From positions 64,741 to 128,740 of the forward strand of contig JBBTQS010000001.1 of the NCBI GenBank assembly GCA_038065555.1: 64,000 nt of DNA, written 5' to 3'. How positions within the stretch are numbered: the stretch's first letter is position 1; the number at the start of each line of letters is the position of its first letter. This DNA comes from Patescibacteria group bacterium (GTDB lineage: Bacteria; Patescibacteriota; Patescibacteriia; Magasanikbacterales; JBBTQS01). The translations under genes and the position numbers were made by a program. Below the pieces are notes generated by a model. That model made no database searches. It had not been told where the DNA came from and was given only the letters and a program-made list of their open reading frames with translations. Shown here piece after piece: positions 1 to 8,385 of this stretch.

Positions 1-183
1 TCTTCGTTGAATTTCTCATTGTAGCCCTCCAGGCTTTGCGTAGGGGATTGGCTACCCCATGAAAGGATCGATTGACTCGTACCATGCGAAATGCATGGCA
101 AATCAACGCCATACCATAGCACAAAAAATCAGTTTTGTCAATATTACGACGAATAACTGTAATTTTGGTATACTGCGTGTCAT

Positions 184-702
184 ATGAATTGGCGAACGCA
201 TGTGGTTGCAGGTGCAAATACGGTGTGGCTCATTCCTGCGTCGACAGAGAGTATTCTGCACTACGGTCCGGTACTCATGGGTGTGGCGGCGTTCTTCGCG
301 CTGTTGCCAGATATCGAAGCGCAGCATGCGAAGATCCATTCGATCCGCATCGCCGGTGCGCGCGTGTTCGACAATACGATTGTGCGTGGTGTTGTGAATC
401 ATCGTGGCCCCGTGCATTCTCTCCTTGCAATTGCGATTGTGGGAGGGCTCACTGCGTGGCTCTGTCGTGCATATGCACTCCCGTACGAACTCGCCTGGGC
501 AGCAACGCTTGGCTATGCTAGCCATCCGATCATCGACGGACTGAATTTCCCCGGCGTGCAATATCTCTACCCGTACAAGCGGCGGCTGCATCTTGTCCCC
601 AAGTTCATGCGGTTTCGCGTGAATAGCTTTCCAGACGAGCTGCTTTTTGTTGCGGGAATATTCGGCATACTCGCGTACGGATACACTTTCATTATTCGGT
701 AG
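184..702 (+). CDS. DUF457/YdjM-like membrane-bound metal-dependent hydrolase
   Basis: 172 aa, hydrophobic with His-rich segments (HSLLAIAIVG, SHPIIDGLN) typical of the DUF457 family. Confidence 0.5.
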   Translation: MNWRTHVVAGANTVWLIPASTESILHYGPVLMGVAAFFALLPDIEAQHAKIHSIRIAGARVFDNTIVRGVVNHRGPVHSLLAIAIVGGLTAWLCRAYALPYELAWAATLGYASHPIIDGLNFPGVQYLYPYKRRLHLVPKFMRFRVNSFPDELLFVAGIFGILAYGYTFIIR

Positions 703-759
703 CGGGGGTTGACAAAATCACACAAATCAGGTGAGATGGGGCCCAAGGAGGGGACGCTC

Positions 760-1662
760 ATGCAACATCTGCAATTGATCTGGTTCATTTTCGGGCTCAT
801 CGTCGTGGGAGCGATATTCGGCATCTGCGGCATCGGGATTATGCTCTTCGCGTGGCTCAAGCGAGCCACTGGGTGGCTCATCGGCAAGGACTCGGATCTG
901 TGGGAGCCATTCCCACGCGGTCCGAGATTCTGGAATTGGCTCATCTACGCGACGCTGCGAGCATTTCTTCCTGTGGAAGTACGCATCTCGGGGAAGAAAT
1001 CGCTGCAACGTCTTGATCCGCGTGGACGTGCTATCGTCTTCGCGAACCATCCAACGGAGATCGAATTTCCGCTCTGCTACCGGCTCATGTTCGAGCACAT
1101 TCCGCTGGCCATGCTATCGACGCAAGCTGGATGGAATCGGTATCTCATCATGGGACCGCTCTTCGATCTGGCGGGATCTGCGATTCTCTTGCGCCGAGCG
1201 AAGGATGGGTACAATGCAGGGGAAGGACGAACTGATCTGCGCGATGGTCTGCGCAAGCTCTTTGCACCGGGCAAATCACTGACAATCCATCCGGATTCCA
1301 GTCGACCTAGCCCTTCGCGCATTCAAGCGCGTAACGAGAAGTACCACACCGACTTCCGCTACATCGTGGCGCCGCGCATCGGCGGGGTGAAAACAATTCT
1401 TGATCATCTCGACGAGGAGGGTATTCGCAACGTTCCAATCGTACTGTACACATCGGGATTCGGATTCCGTGTGGAGACCAAGTCGGTCACACAGTGGTTC
1501 CGGGTTCGGGGCAAGGTGTTCTTCGCAGACTTCGATGTCGTCTCGAGCGATTCGTTGCCACGAGATGAGCAAGCGCTCGGTGTGTGGCTCGGTGCGTGGG
1601 CATCAGGCTGCGATTCCAAGCTCCACGGCGCAGCGATTCACAACGGATTTGCGCCAGAGTAG
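760..1662 (+). CDS. lysophospholipid acyltransferase (PlsC/LPLAT-like)
   Basis: N-terminal TM helix; acyltransferase-like blocks FANHPTEIEF (NHxxxxE), ILLRRAK, LTIHPDSSRPS; start chosen at ATG 760 preceded by AAGGAGG. Confidence 0.5.
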   Translation: MQHLQLIWFIFGLIVVGAIFGICGIGIMLFAWLKRATGWLIGKDSDLWEPFPRGPRFWNWLIYATLRAFLPVEVRISGKKSLQRLDPRGRAIVFANHPTEIEFPLCYRLMFEHIPLAMLSTQAGWNRYLIMGPLFDLAGSAILLRRAKDGYNAGEGRTDLRDGLRKLFAPGKSLTIHPDSSRPSPSRIQARNEKYHTDFRYIVAPRIGGVKTILDHLDEEGIRNVPIVLYTSGFGFRVETKSVTQWFRVRGKVFFADFDVVSSDSLPRDEQALGVWLGAWASGCDSKLHGAAIHNGFAPE

Positions 1663-1748
1663 TTCACAACTTCGCGCGCGCACAACAATTACAGAACCAA
1701 CAATGCCGACCCAGGAGGATCGGCATTGTCATTTTTTGTGTCGTTTTT

Positions 1749-2684
1749 TTAGACCTTTGGTTTGCGGCGCGCTTTGGCACAGGCTACGGCGTAATCGATG
1801 ATCGCGCCTGCAATATCTTTGCCAGTGGCTTGGGTGATGCCACGCAATCCAGGGTTGGAGTTGACCTCGAGAATCTTCGGACCAGACTTGGTGCGCAGGA
1901 GATCGACGCCTGCAATGTCGAGGTCGCATGCCTTTGCGGCCTTGATTGCAAGTGCCTTCTCCTTCGCAGTGAGTGTGGCCTCACGAACCGTTCCGCCGAG
2001 TGAGAAGTTGGAACGGAATTCATCGCGAATGATGGTGTTGCGCTCCATTGCAGCCACAACCTTGTCGCCAACAACGAAGATGCGAATATCCTTGCCGCTG
2101 CTCTCCTTCACGTATTCTTGGATGATGAGCGGGGATGAGTTCTCAGACTCGACAAGCATGTCGACGATAGATCGCAAACCGCGGCGGCTTTCAACAATTG
2201 CCACGCCAATTCCCTCGTTGCCACCAAATGCCTTGATCACAACAGGATAGGATCCGACGACCTTCATCACTTCCTCAATATATTTGGAAGCGCGAATGAC
2301 CAATGTCTTTGGCATTGGGATGCCGAATCGCTTGAGCACTTGCATGGTGCGAATCTTGTTCTTCGAGCGCATCACCGAGATGTGATTGTTGAGCACTGGG
2401 ATTCCGAGGAATTCGAACTGGTGAATGGTGCTCACGTGCAAGTCGAGCTCGGTGCCACGAAATGACGGACGAACAATAATAGCATCAAATCCTCTAAGAG
2501 GTTTGTTCTTGTAGAGGAGGCGTGGAGTCTTGATGAATTCGAGCTGACAATCCATCGCAGAGATCATCTCGAATTTGTGCCCGCGGCTCAGTGCTGCTTC
2601 ACGCAACATTTCGCCGCTGATTTTTGCATCAGCGTTGGCGCCGAGCTTTTCGTAATTGGTGAAGGTCAGTACTGCAATACGCAT
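1749..2684 (-). CDS. rimK: RimK-family ATP-grasp ligase (alpha-L-glutamate ligase-like)
   Basis: ATP-grasp signature across the full length (VIKAFGGNEGIGV, IQEYVKESSGKDIRIFVVGDKVVAAMER, LEVNSNPGLRGI). Confidence 0.75.
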   Translation of the reverse strand: MRIAVLTFTNYEKLGANADAKISGEMLREAALSRGHKFEMISAMDCQLEFIKTPRLLYKNKPLRGFDAIIVRPSFRGTELDLHVSTIHQFEFLGIPVLNNHISVMRSKNKIRTMQVLKRFGIPMPKTLVIRASKYIEEVMKVVGSYPVVIKAFGGNEGIGVAIVESRRGLRSIVDMLVESENSSPLIIQEYVKESSGKDIRIFVVGDKVVAAMERNTIIRDEFRSNFSLGGTVREATLTAKEKALAIKAAKACDLDIAGVDLLRTKSGPKILEVNSNPGLRGITQATGKDIAGAIIDYAVACAKARRKPKV

Positions 2685-2714
2685 ACTGGTCAATTCAGTG
2701 AGTGAGAATGTGTG

Positions 2715-2748
2715 GCAAAAAAGAATCCACCCCGACCACGAGGCCGGG
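2715..2748 (-). terminator. rho-independent terminator downstream of rplT
   Basis: GC hairpin ccccg...cgggg followed on the minus strand by a TTCTTTTTTGCC run. Confidence 0.4.
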
Positions 2749-2759
2749 GCAGGTAGAGA

Positions 2760-3104
2760 TTACTTAACGGATTCTACGATCTTCTTGAAAACCTCAGGCT
2801 TGGTGCGAGCGATCTCAGAGAGGACCTTGCGGTCGAGCTTCACAGCCTTCTTCTTGAGCGCGTTGATGAACACGCTGTAGGTAGTGCCGAGCTCGCGAAG
2901 TGCTGCGTTGAGGCGCACTGTCCAGAGCGCGCGATTGGTGCGCTTCTTGAGCTTGCGACCAATGTACGCCTGCATGCCGGCCTTGAGGACAGCAGTCTTT
3001 GCTTGCTTGGTGAGTTTCTTACGACCCCACTTGAAGCCCTTGGTTTGCTTGAGCAGTTTGGCACGCTTTGTCTGGCGTACGGTTCCGCGTTTGACTCTTG
3101 GCAT
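2760..3104 (-). CDS. rplT: 50S ribosomal protein L20
   Basis: MPRVKRGTVRQTKRAKLLKQTKGF... canonical L20 over its whole length. Confidence 0.95.
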   Translation of the reverse strand: MPRVKRGTVRQTKRAKLLKQTKGFKWGRKKLTKQAKTAVLKAGMQAYIGRKLKKRTNRALWTVRLNAALRELGTTYSVFINALKKKAVKLDRKVLSEIARTKPEVFKKIVESVK

Positions 3105-3114
3105 AGTAGTTCTT

Positions 3115-3360
3115 CTATTTTGCGGTTACGTCCGTTGCAGGCTTGCGCTTCGGTGCCTTGCCAGCAAGGTAGGGAAGAGCGCGCAAGATGGTCTTGCGCT
3201 TCGTCTCGCTCATACCATGATCGCGACGCTTCTTACGCGTCTGATTGCCGGTATCGCGGGAGTTGAAGTGGTCCTGACCCGCACTGCGATGGATAATTTT
3301 CTTGTTCTTGGTCACGCGCAGGCGCTTTGCGAATGCTTTGACCGTCTTGAGCTTGGGCAT
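3115..3360 (-). CDS. rpmI: 50S ribosomal protein L35
   Basis: MPKLKTVKAFAKRLRVTKNKKIIHRSAGQDHF canonical L35 N-terminus; internal start of the longer ORF chosen. Confidence 0.85.
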   Translation of the reverse strand: MPKLKTVKAFAKRLRVTKNKKIIHRSAGQDHFNSRDTGNQTRKKRRDHGMSETKRKTILRALPYLAGKAPKRKPATDVTAK

Positions 3361-3433
3361 ACAATTTGCTTGAAAACTTGCGCTACTATACCCGAATGGG
3401 GCAGAACACGCAAGAGGGGAAAACCCCAGTAAA

Positions 3434-4069
3434 TTAAGGGTTCTCGTTCGCTTCTTCGTCTGTTCCTGTATCCTCGTCCTCATCGTCGTCTTTGTCCTCT
3501 ACCACTACGTTGGCCTTCACGGTGCCTGCAACGAGTGCAGTAATCTTGTTTCCTTGGCGTTTGACCTCTTGTTCTACGATGAGATCTGCAGATTCACCCA
3601 AGGTCTTGATGAAGTCGTGCATAACACCTTCGGCAAGCTCGCGGTGGGCCTGTTCACGACCGCGCAAGATCATTTCGATCTTCACTTTGTCGCCACGCTT
3701 GAGGAATCGCAAGGATTGCTGAATACGAATGGCAGTATCGTGGCCACCGATGCGCGCACTGATACGAATACCTTTGACCTCGATTGCCTTCTGCTTTTGC
3801 TTCTTGAGACGCTCTTCCTTGTCCTTCTGGTACTTGAACTGACCGTAATCAACGATTTTGCAGATTGGTGGGTTGCTTTTTGGGTTGATTTCTACCAAAT
3901 CGTGTCCTTCGCGGCGAGCGAGTGATACCGCCTCTTCGAGTGTGATGTCGCCCAAATGTTCGCCATTGAACCCAATCACGCGTACGCGAGGTACACGAAT
4001 GTGGTCATTGAATCGATACACCGGTGCGGTATCAACGGGAGCGTAGCGGCGTTTGCGGGAAATGCGCAT
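3434..4069 (-). CDS. infC: translation initiation factor IF-3
   Basis: IF3 N and C domains (VRVIGFNGEHLG..., KIEMILRGREQAH...); acidic C-terminal tail; start uncertain because IF3 often uses a non-ATG start. Confidence 0.85.
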   Translation of the reverse strand: MRISRKRRYAPVDTAPVYRFNDHIRVPRVRVIGFNGEHLGDITLEEAVSLARREGHDLVEINPKSNPPICKIVDYGQFKYQKDKEERLKKQKQKAIEVKGIRISARIGGHDTAIRIQQSLRFLKRGDKVKIEMILRGREQAHRELAEGVMHDFIKTLGESADLIVEQEVKRQGNKITALVAGTVKANVVVEDKDDDEDEDTGTDEEANENP

Positions 4070-4182
4070 TGCGATGGACTTAGAATATGTGGGCAGTATA
4101 AGGAAGAACGGCAAAACTGTCAATAAAATCAATGACCGGACGAGCAGTGCTGCTGCGTCCGGTCTTCGAAGTCACGTGCGAG

Positions 4183-5127
4183 TTACATCTCGACGAGGGC
4201 GTCGAGGAACCAGTCCACTCCTGCGAGATTGGGTGCAACGAGTCCGCATCCCGATTCTCTGACGAAATCCTTCTCCCATTCGGGGGTGAACTCAGTTGCG
4301 AGATGAATGTACGTCATCTCGAGTTCCATGGGGAGTAGTCCGTCGCAGTGGAGACTGTCACCTGCGACGTAGGCTCTGCGGTCTGTATTGTAGCGGGACT
4401 GCAGATCCATGAGAACGCGGTAGTAGAAGCCGCGCTGTGGGTACGCGTCATATCCTGCTCCAGGGAAGGGGAAGGATACACGCGTTTGCTCCCACATGGG
4501 TTCGAATGCGGCCTGTTCTTCTGCGGACCATGTGTCGCTGCGCATGGTCAGTAGGTGCTTGCCAGCATTGCCTACGACAAAGCCAGGTTCGACCTCATGG
4601 CCTAGGAGGATTTGCATCTTTCCCTCTACAGGCTTTGTGTCCGAGCCTGTCACTATGTGCAGGCCGACGTCTGGATGCGCGCGCCACTTTTGCACGAGTT
4701 CCTTGGCCCCTTCTCGGAAGATGGGCTTGGGATCGTAGCACTTCTTGTGTACGGCGTGCAGCATCTCTTCGCGTTCTCGCTCCGAACCGTAGCGCCTTTC
4801 ACATGCGTCGAGGGTGAGTCCAGCGAGCACGCGCATGTACACGTATGCATCCATGAACGTCGGCGCGACGGTGCGACCACTCAGATCGCGCATGCCGTAC
4901 GCGTTCGAGTTGGCCCTGACTTGGTCGGCTGCGTGTTTGAGCTGTTCCTGAACTACTTGCTCTGGAATGCCTGTTGCTGCTGCGAGCTCTGACGGGTAGC
5001 GCTCGATGAATTTCTCGCCTTCCTCCCAGCCCTTGGTGAGGAAGTTGTCACAGTCGAAGACTATGAGTCTTTTGTTGCTTCGTTCGTTCACGGTTGCTCC
5101 TTTGTGTGCCGTGATTGGCGCGTGCAT
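4183..5127 (-). CDS. HAD-superfamily hydrolase, paralog A
   Basis: DxD motif LIVFDCDNF, HIVTGSDTKP and VAGDSLHCD blocks; the N-terminal 79 aa of the ORF is treated as read-through. Confidence 0.5.
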   Translation of the reverse strand: MHAPITAHKGATVNERSNKRLIVFDCDNFLTKGWEEGEKFIERYPSELAAATGIPEQVVQEQLKHAADQVRANSNAYGMRDLSGRTVAPTFMDAYVYMRVLAGLTLDACERRYGSEREREEMLHAVHKKCYDPKPIFREGAKELVQKWRAHPDVGLHIVTGSDTKPVEGKMQILLGHEVEPGFVVGNAGKHLLTMRSDTWSAEEQAAFEPMWEQTRVSFPFPGAGYDAYPQRGFYYRVLMDLQSRYNTDRRAYVAGDSLHCDGLLPMELEMTYIHLATEFTPEWEKDFVRESGCGLVAPNLAGVDWFLDALVEM

Positions 5128-5152
5128 GCTAGCAAGTGCGGTGGATTTGTCA

Positions 5153-5197
5153 ATGGAAAAAGGAAAGACCAGCACGAGTGTGTTCGTGCTGGTCTTT
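5153..5197 (-). terminator. rho-independent terminator between the two HAD paralogs
   Basis: aaagaccagcacg / cgtgctggtcttt stem followed on the minus strand by CTTTCCTTTTTCC. Confidence 0.45.
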
Positions 5198-5219
5198 GCG
5201 TTGCCACGTGGGCAGCCAC

Positions 5220-6140
5220 TCACCAGGGCGTGTTCAGGATCTGAACCAGCTCGGCGATGGACGTGACCATGTGGGCGTTGGGCCGTGTGGGCAGCCACTG
5301 ATGCAGGTAGGGTGGTGTGTTCTCCGTCTCGAGGCAGATCACGCGAGCGCCCAGGTGTTGCCACATCGCGAGGTCCAGCTCCCAGATGTCGCCGGCGACG
5401 GTGATGCGCTCGATCGGCGTCTTGCGATTGTTGATGAGCTGGCTCACCAGCTTGCGGTACTTGCCTCGACGCAGGTACACCTCTCGTCTATGCATCCCCG
5501 GTACTTGGATCGAGATGGGGAAGTTGGATTCCCACGGGTACTGCGTGCCGTCGATGTCGAGTTCGAACTTGCCAGCTTGTCCCCAGACCAGGTCTGCGTT
5601 GACGAATCCGGAGACCTCTGAGATTCGCCCCGAGACATGTTCTGTCCTCGAGTTGGTCACGATGTGGATCGGACCGTCCTCGCGCAGGTCGTTGATCTCG
5701 CAGATCAGCTCCTCGGCGCCGGGGCGCAGTGGTGGTACGTACTTCAGGTAGTTGGCACCGTAGAGTTCGTTGAGCACTTCTGCGCGCCGCACGGGGTCGT
5801 GGAATCGATTCGCTCGAGTGAAGATCACTTCTGCAATTGATCTGCAGCGCAGATACGGGTCTGCCAGTCCCGGGGCAACGATGTGTCCTTCGAATCGCAT
5901 GCCGTGTTCCTCGGGATTGGCGCGGATGGCGGCTTCGATCTGACCCATGAGGCCACGCGTCCAATCACGAGGCTGGCCGATGTGTTCTGCCAGACTCGTT
6001 GCGTACGCCTCGACATACGGATGTTTGCCTTCCTCGTCGAGCGCTTCGCAGTCTGTGAAGAGTCCATCGAAGTCGAGGATCACCGCTTCGTTCTCCGGAA
6101 CCGTGAACTGGCACTCGAAGGCAGTATCAGATGTTGTCAT
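5220..6140 (-). CDS. HAD-superfamily hydrolase, paralog B
   Basis: ILDFDGLFTD, HIVTNSRTEH, VAGDIWELD; same architecture as paralog A. Confidence 0.55.
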   Translation of the reverse strand: MTTSDTAFECQFTVPENEAVILDFDGLFTDCEALDEEGKHPYVEAYATSLAEHIGQPRDWTRGLMGQIEAAIRANPEEHGMRFEGHIVAPGLADPYLRCRSIAEVIFTRANRFHDPVRRAEVLNELYGANYLKYVPPLRPGAEELICEINDLREDGPIHIVTNSRTEHVSGRISEVSGFVNADLVWGQAGKFELDIDGTQYPWESNFPISIQVPGMHRREVYLRRGKYRKLVSQLINNRKTPIERITVAGDIWELDLAMWQHLGARVICLETENTPPYLHQWLPTRPNAHMVTSIAELVQILNTPW

Positions 6141-6280
6141 GAATGAACTCCTGCCCGTTGTTGATTTGGGCGTCGAGAGTGTAGCATATGTGCTTTTTGC
6201 GTCAATACAAAAGAGAATCCCGCCACAAGATGCTCGTTGGCATTCATGGCGGGATACGGGAAGTCGACGCGCGCTGGGAC

Positions 6281-6493
6281 TCAGCGCGTGAGCTCGGATT
6301 CATGGTACAGACCCACGTCGCTGGAGTTGTGGTGTTGGACAAGCCACCAGCCATCGCTGTTGGCAGTGCAGATGATCTTGCCCAAGATTCCTGCGGTGCG
6401 AACAACATGATGACGATCGCTCACCGACGGACGGTGGAGGTTGCCGAGTGCGTGCACTCGGACAAGAACATCTTTTTCGAATGCTTGTGACAT
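6281..6493 (-). CDS. small hypothetical protein (70 aa)
   Basis: near-perfect Shine-Dalgarno (GAAGGAGGTGACACC-ATG) immediately upstream on the minus strand. Confidence 0.45.
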   Translation of the reverse strand: MSQAFEKDVLVRVHALGNLHRPSVSDRHHVVRTAGILGKIICTANSDGWWLVQHHNSSDVGLYHESELTR

Positions 6494-6611
6494 GGTGTCA
6501 CCTCCTTCATCTCGAGCCTATCAATCGGTGGCGCGTGCGTCAATATAAAAGTGAACGAGAGACTCGTGTAGGAGTCTCTCGTTGGTTGGTGCAGCGCAGG
6601 AACGCGCCGCG

Positions 6612-7046
6612 TCACAGGTTGTGGGAGACGAATTGCAGGAACAGCTCGGTGCAGGGCTCTGCATTCCAGCTGTGGATGCCGAGTTCTGCGAGCATGCAGC
6701 GAACCACGAGTATCGATCGTTTCGATAGCACATCGAATTTCACGATGCGGCCGTACGCGATGTGCGCACGTTCGTCTTGTGGCCACTGTACGGACATCTC
6801 GTGTTGGTGCGACGGGTGGAACATGAGTGCGTTACTCAGGACAGACACTTCGATGCGCGAAGGGAAGACCTCGGACTTCCGTTCAAACAGCGTCGCCTCC
6901 GTAACGAGTTCCCGACGTACGTTCCATTGCAGCTGGAGCGTACTCAGAAGCACATTCACCTGCTGCATAGTTGTTCTATTGTCGGAGCGCGTGACACGGA
7001 ATTCTTGACCGTTTACGACGGTCAAGTGGGATTCTGGAATGAGCAT
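6612..7046 (-). CDS. hypothetical protein
   Basis: 144 aa ORF co-oriented with and 25 nt downstream of the MOSC gene; AGAGGG RBS. Confidence 0.4.
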   Translation of the reverse strand: MLIPESHLTVVNGQEFRVTRSDNRTTMQQVNVLLSTLQLQWNVRRELVTEATLFERKSEVFPSRIEVSVLSNALMFHPSHQHEMSVQWPQDERAHIAYGRIVKFDVLSKRSILVVRCMLAELGIHSWNAEPCTELFLQFVSHNL

Positions 7047-7071
7047 TGCGACCCTCTTGTCTTGTGAGGCG

Positions 7072-7551
7072 CTATTGAGCAGGAGTTGCTCGCTTGCGCG
7101 GTGGTGGAGTCACGACGGAGCCGACGCGGATGATGCCACCTTTGATGACGGTGGCGACGAGGCCGCCAACATCGTGGAATGCATCGGCAAATCCTGGGAT
7201 GCCACACAGATTCGACGGACGATCACATGGATCGCAGTACTTCACACCCAGGAGTGTGACGCCGTCGACTGTGAATCGCTTGCCGATGAGGAGCATCAGC
7301 TCGAGGCCTGACACGCCGATGTTGCGGCGGGTTTGTTCGAGGGTGAACGGGGACTTGTCGACGAATAGCGTGTTGATGAGTGTGACTTGTCGATGCCCTG
7401 TGCCTTTCTTCTTGTTGAAGCTGCCTTTGCCTGTGCAGTACCGATCTGCTTCGAGGCCGCGGCTCCTGATTGCGCGGACCTGTTCGACAGATTCCATCGG
7501 TGCGCCAGGTTCCGCGCAGATGTAGATACCAGTAACAACGCCTTTCTTCAT
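7072..7551 (-). CDS. MOSC domain-containing protein (YiiM-like)
   Basis: MOSC beta-barrel features (GVSGLELMLLIGKRFTVDGVTLLGVKYCDPC); start at MKKGVVTGIYI. Confidence 0.65.
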   Translation of the reverse strand: MKKGVVTGIYICAEPGAPMESVEQVRAIRSRGLEADRYCTGKGSFNKKKGTGHRQVTLINTLFVDKSPFTLEQTRRNIGVSGLELMLLIGKRFTVDGVTLLGVKYCDPCDRPSNLCGIPGFADAFHDVGGLVATVIKGGIIRVGSVVTPPPRKRATPAQ

Positions 7552-7727
7552 GGATTTCACCTCCTGCGGGGTGGGTAACCGCAGGCAGATCCTACTAGAA
7601 TGAGGTAAAAATGAAAAGAGGAGGGTGGTGGTGTTCACGTATAGACAATGTGCGTGGGATTTGGTAGGCTCGGTGCGCTAACCAACTTGGTGAGCGAACT
7701 GTACTTCATAAGGAGGTGGAGAGCGTC

Positions 7728-8162
7728 ATGTCGATTCAAGCAGCGGTGGCTACGGAGATGCAGTCACAAGAGATCCTTCGCGCAACGTACAAGCGGATCG
7801 CTGAAGGGGATCTCGGAACGTTCATCAGCGCCATGCGCAGCGGTACACTCGATGCGCTGTTCTTGCCACTCACAGCGCTTCGTCTGAGCGATGAATGCTT
7901 GGTAGTGCTGGAGCAGGCTGGGATCGAGTACGTCGGCGAGATCGTTCGCCAGCAGCGGTCGTACTTCATGCGCATCGTCGAGATGCAGCCACACATGGAT
8001 GAGCTGCAATACGCCATGAAGAGCTGGGGACTGAGCTTCGGCTCGTTCTTCAGGGATCCTGTCAGCGGCTACTTGCAAAACGCGCTCACGCTGGCGCAAA
8101 GCAAGTCGACTGCCGAGGCCGCGACTGCGCTCATGGCAGCGTACACGCGCGGCTTGGACTGA
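7728..8162 (+). CDS. hypothetical protein with RNA polymerase alpha-CTD-like helix-hairpin-helix segment
   Basis: segment LPLTALRLSDECLVVLEQAGIEYVGEIV resembles the RpoA C-terminal domain fold. Confidence 0.4.
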   Translation: MSIQAAVATEMQSQEILRATYKRIAEGDLGTFISAMRSGTLDALFLPLTALRLSDECLVVLEQAGIEYVGEIVRQQRSYFMRIVEMQPHMDELQYAMKSWGLSFGSFFRDPVSGYLQNALTLAQSKSTAEAATALMAAYTRGLD

Positions 8163-8247
8163 AGGTCTCGCGCCAACACAAACAGAACGCCCCCGATCGG
8201 TAATCGATTCAGGGGCGTTATGCATTATGGGGCTGCCACTATATATA

Positions 8248-8322
8248 TGGTGGGTCGGGAGGGGATTGAACCCTCGACCGTTGGCTTAAAAGGCCACTGC
8301 TCTACCACTGAGCTACCGACCC
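8248..8322 (-). tRNA. tRNA-Lys (anticodon TTT), CCA encoded
   Basis: reverse complement folds as a cloverleaf GGGTCGG..CTTTTAA..GGTTCAATCC..CCGACCCACCA, close to E. coli tRNA-Lys. Confidence 0.9.
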
Positions 8323-8348
8323 GACGAGCCTATGGCTGTCGACAAATA

Positions 8349-8357
8349 TGCTATACT
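8349..8357 (+). promoter_or_regulatory. extended -10 promoter (TGCTATACT) for the P-type ATPase
   Basis: TGnTATACT about 30 nt upstream of ATG 8386. Confidence 0.3.
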
Positions 8358-8385
8358 ACCGCCAGTCAAAATACAAGTCCTGCGC

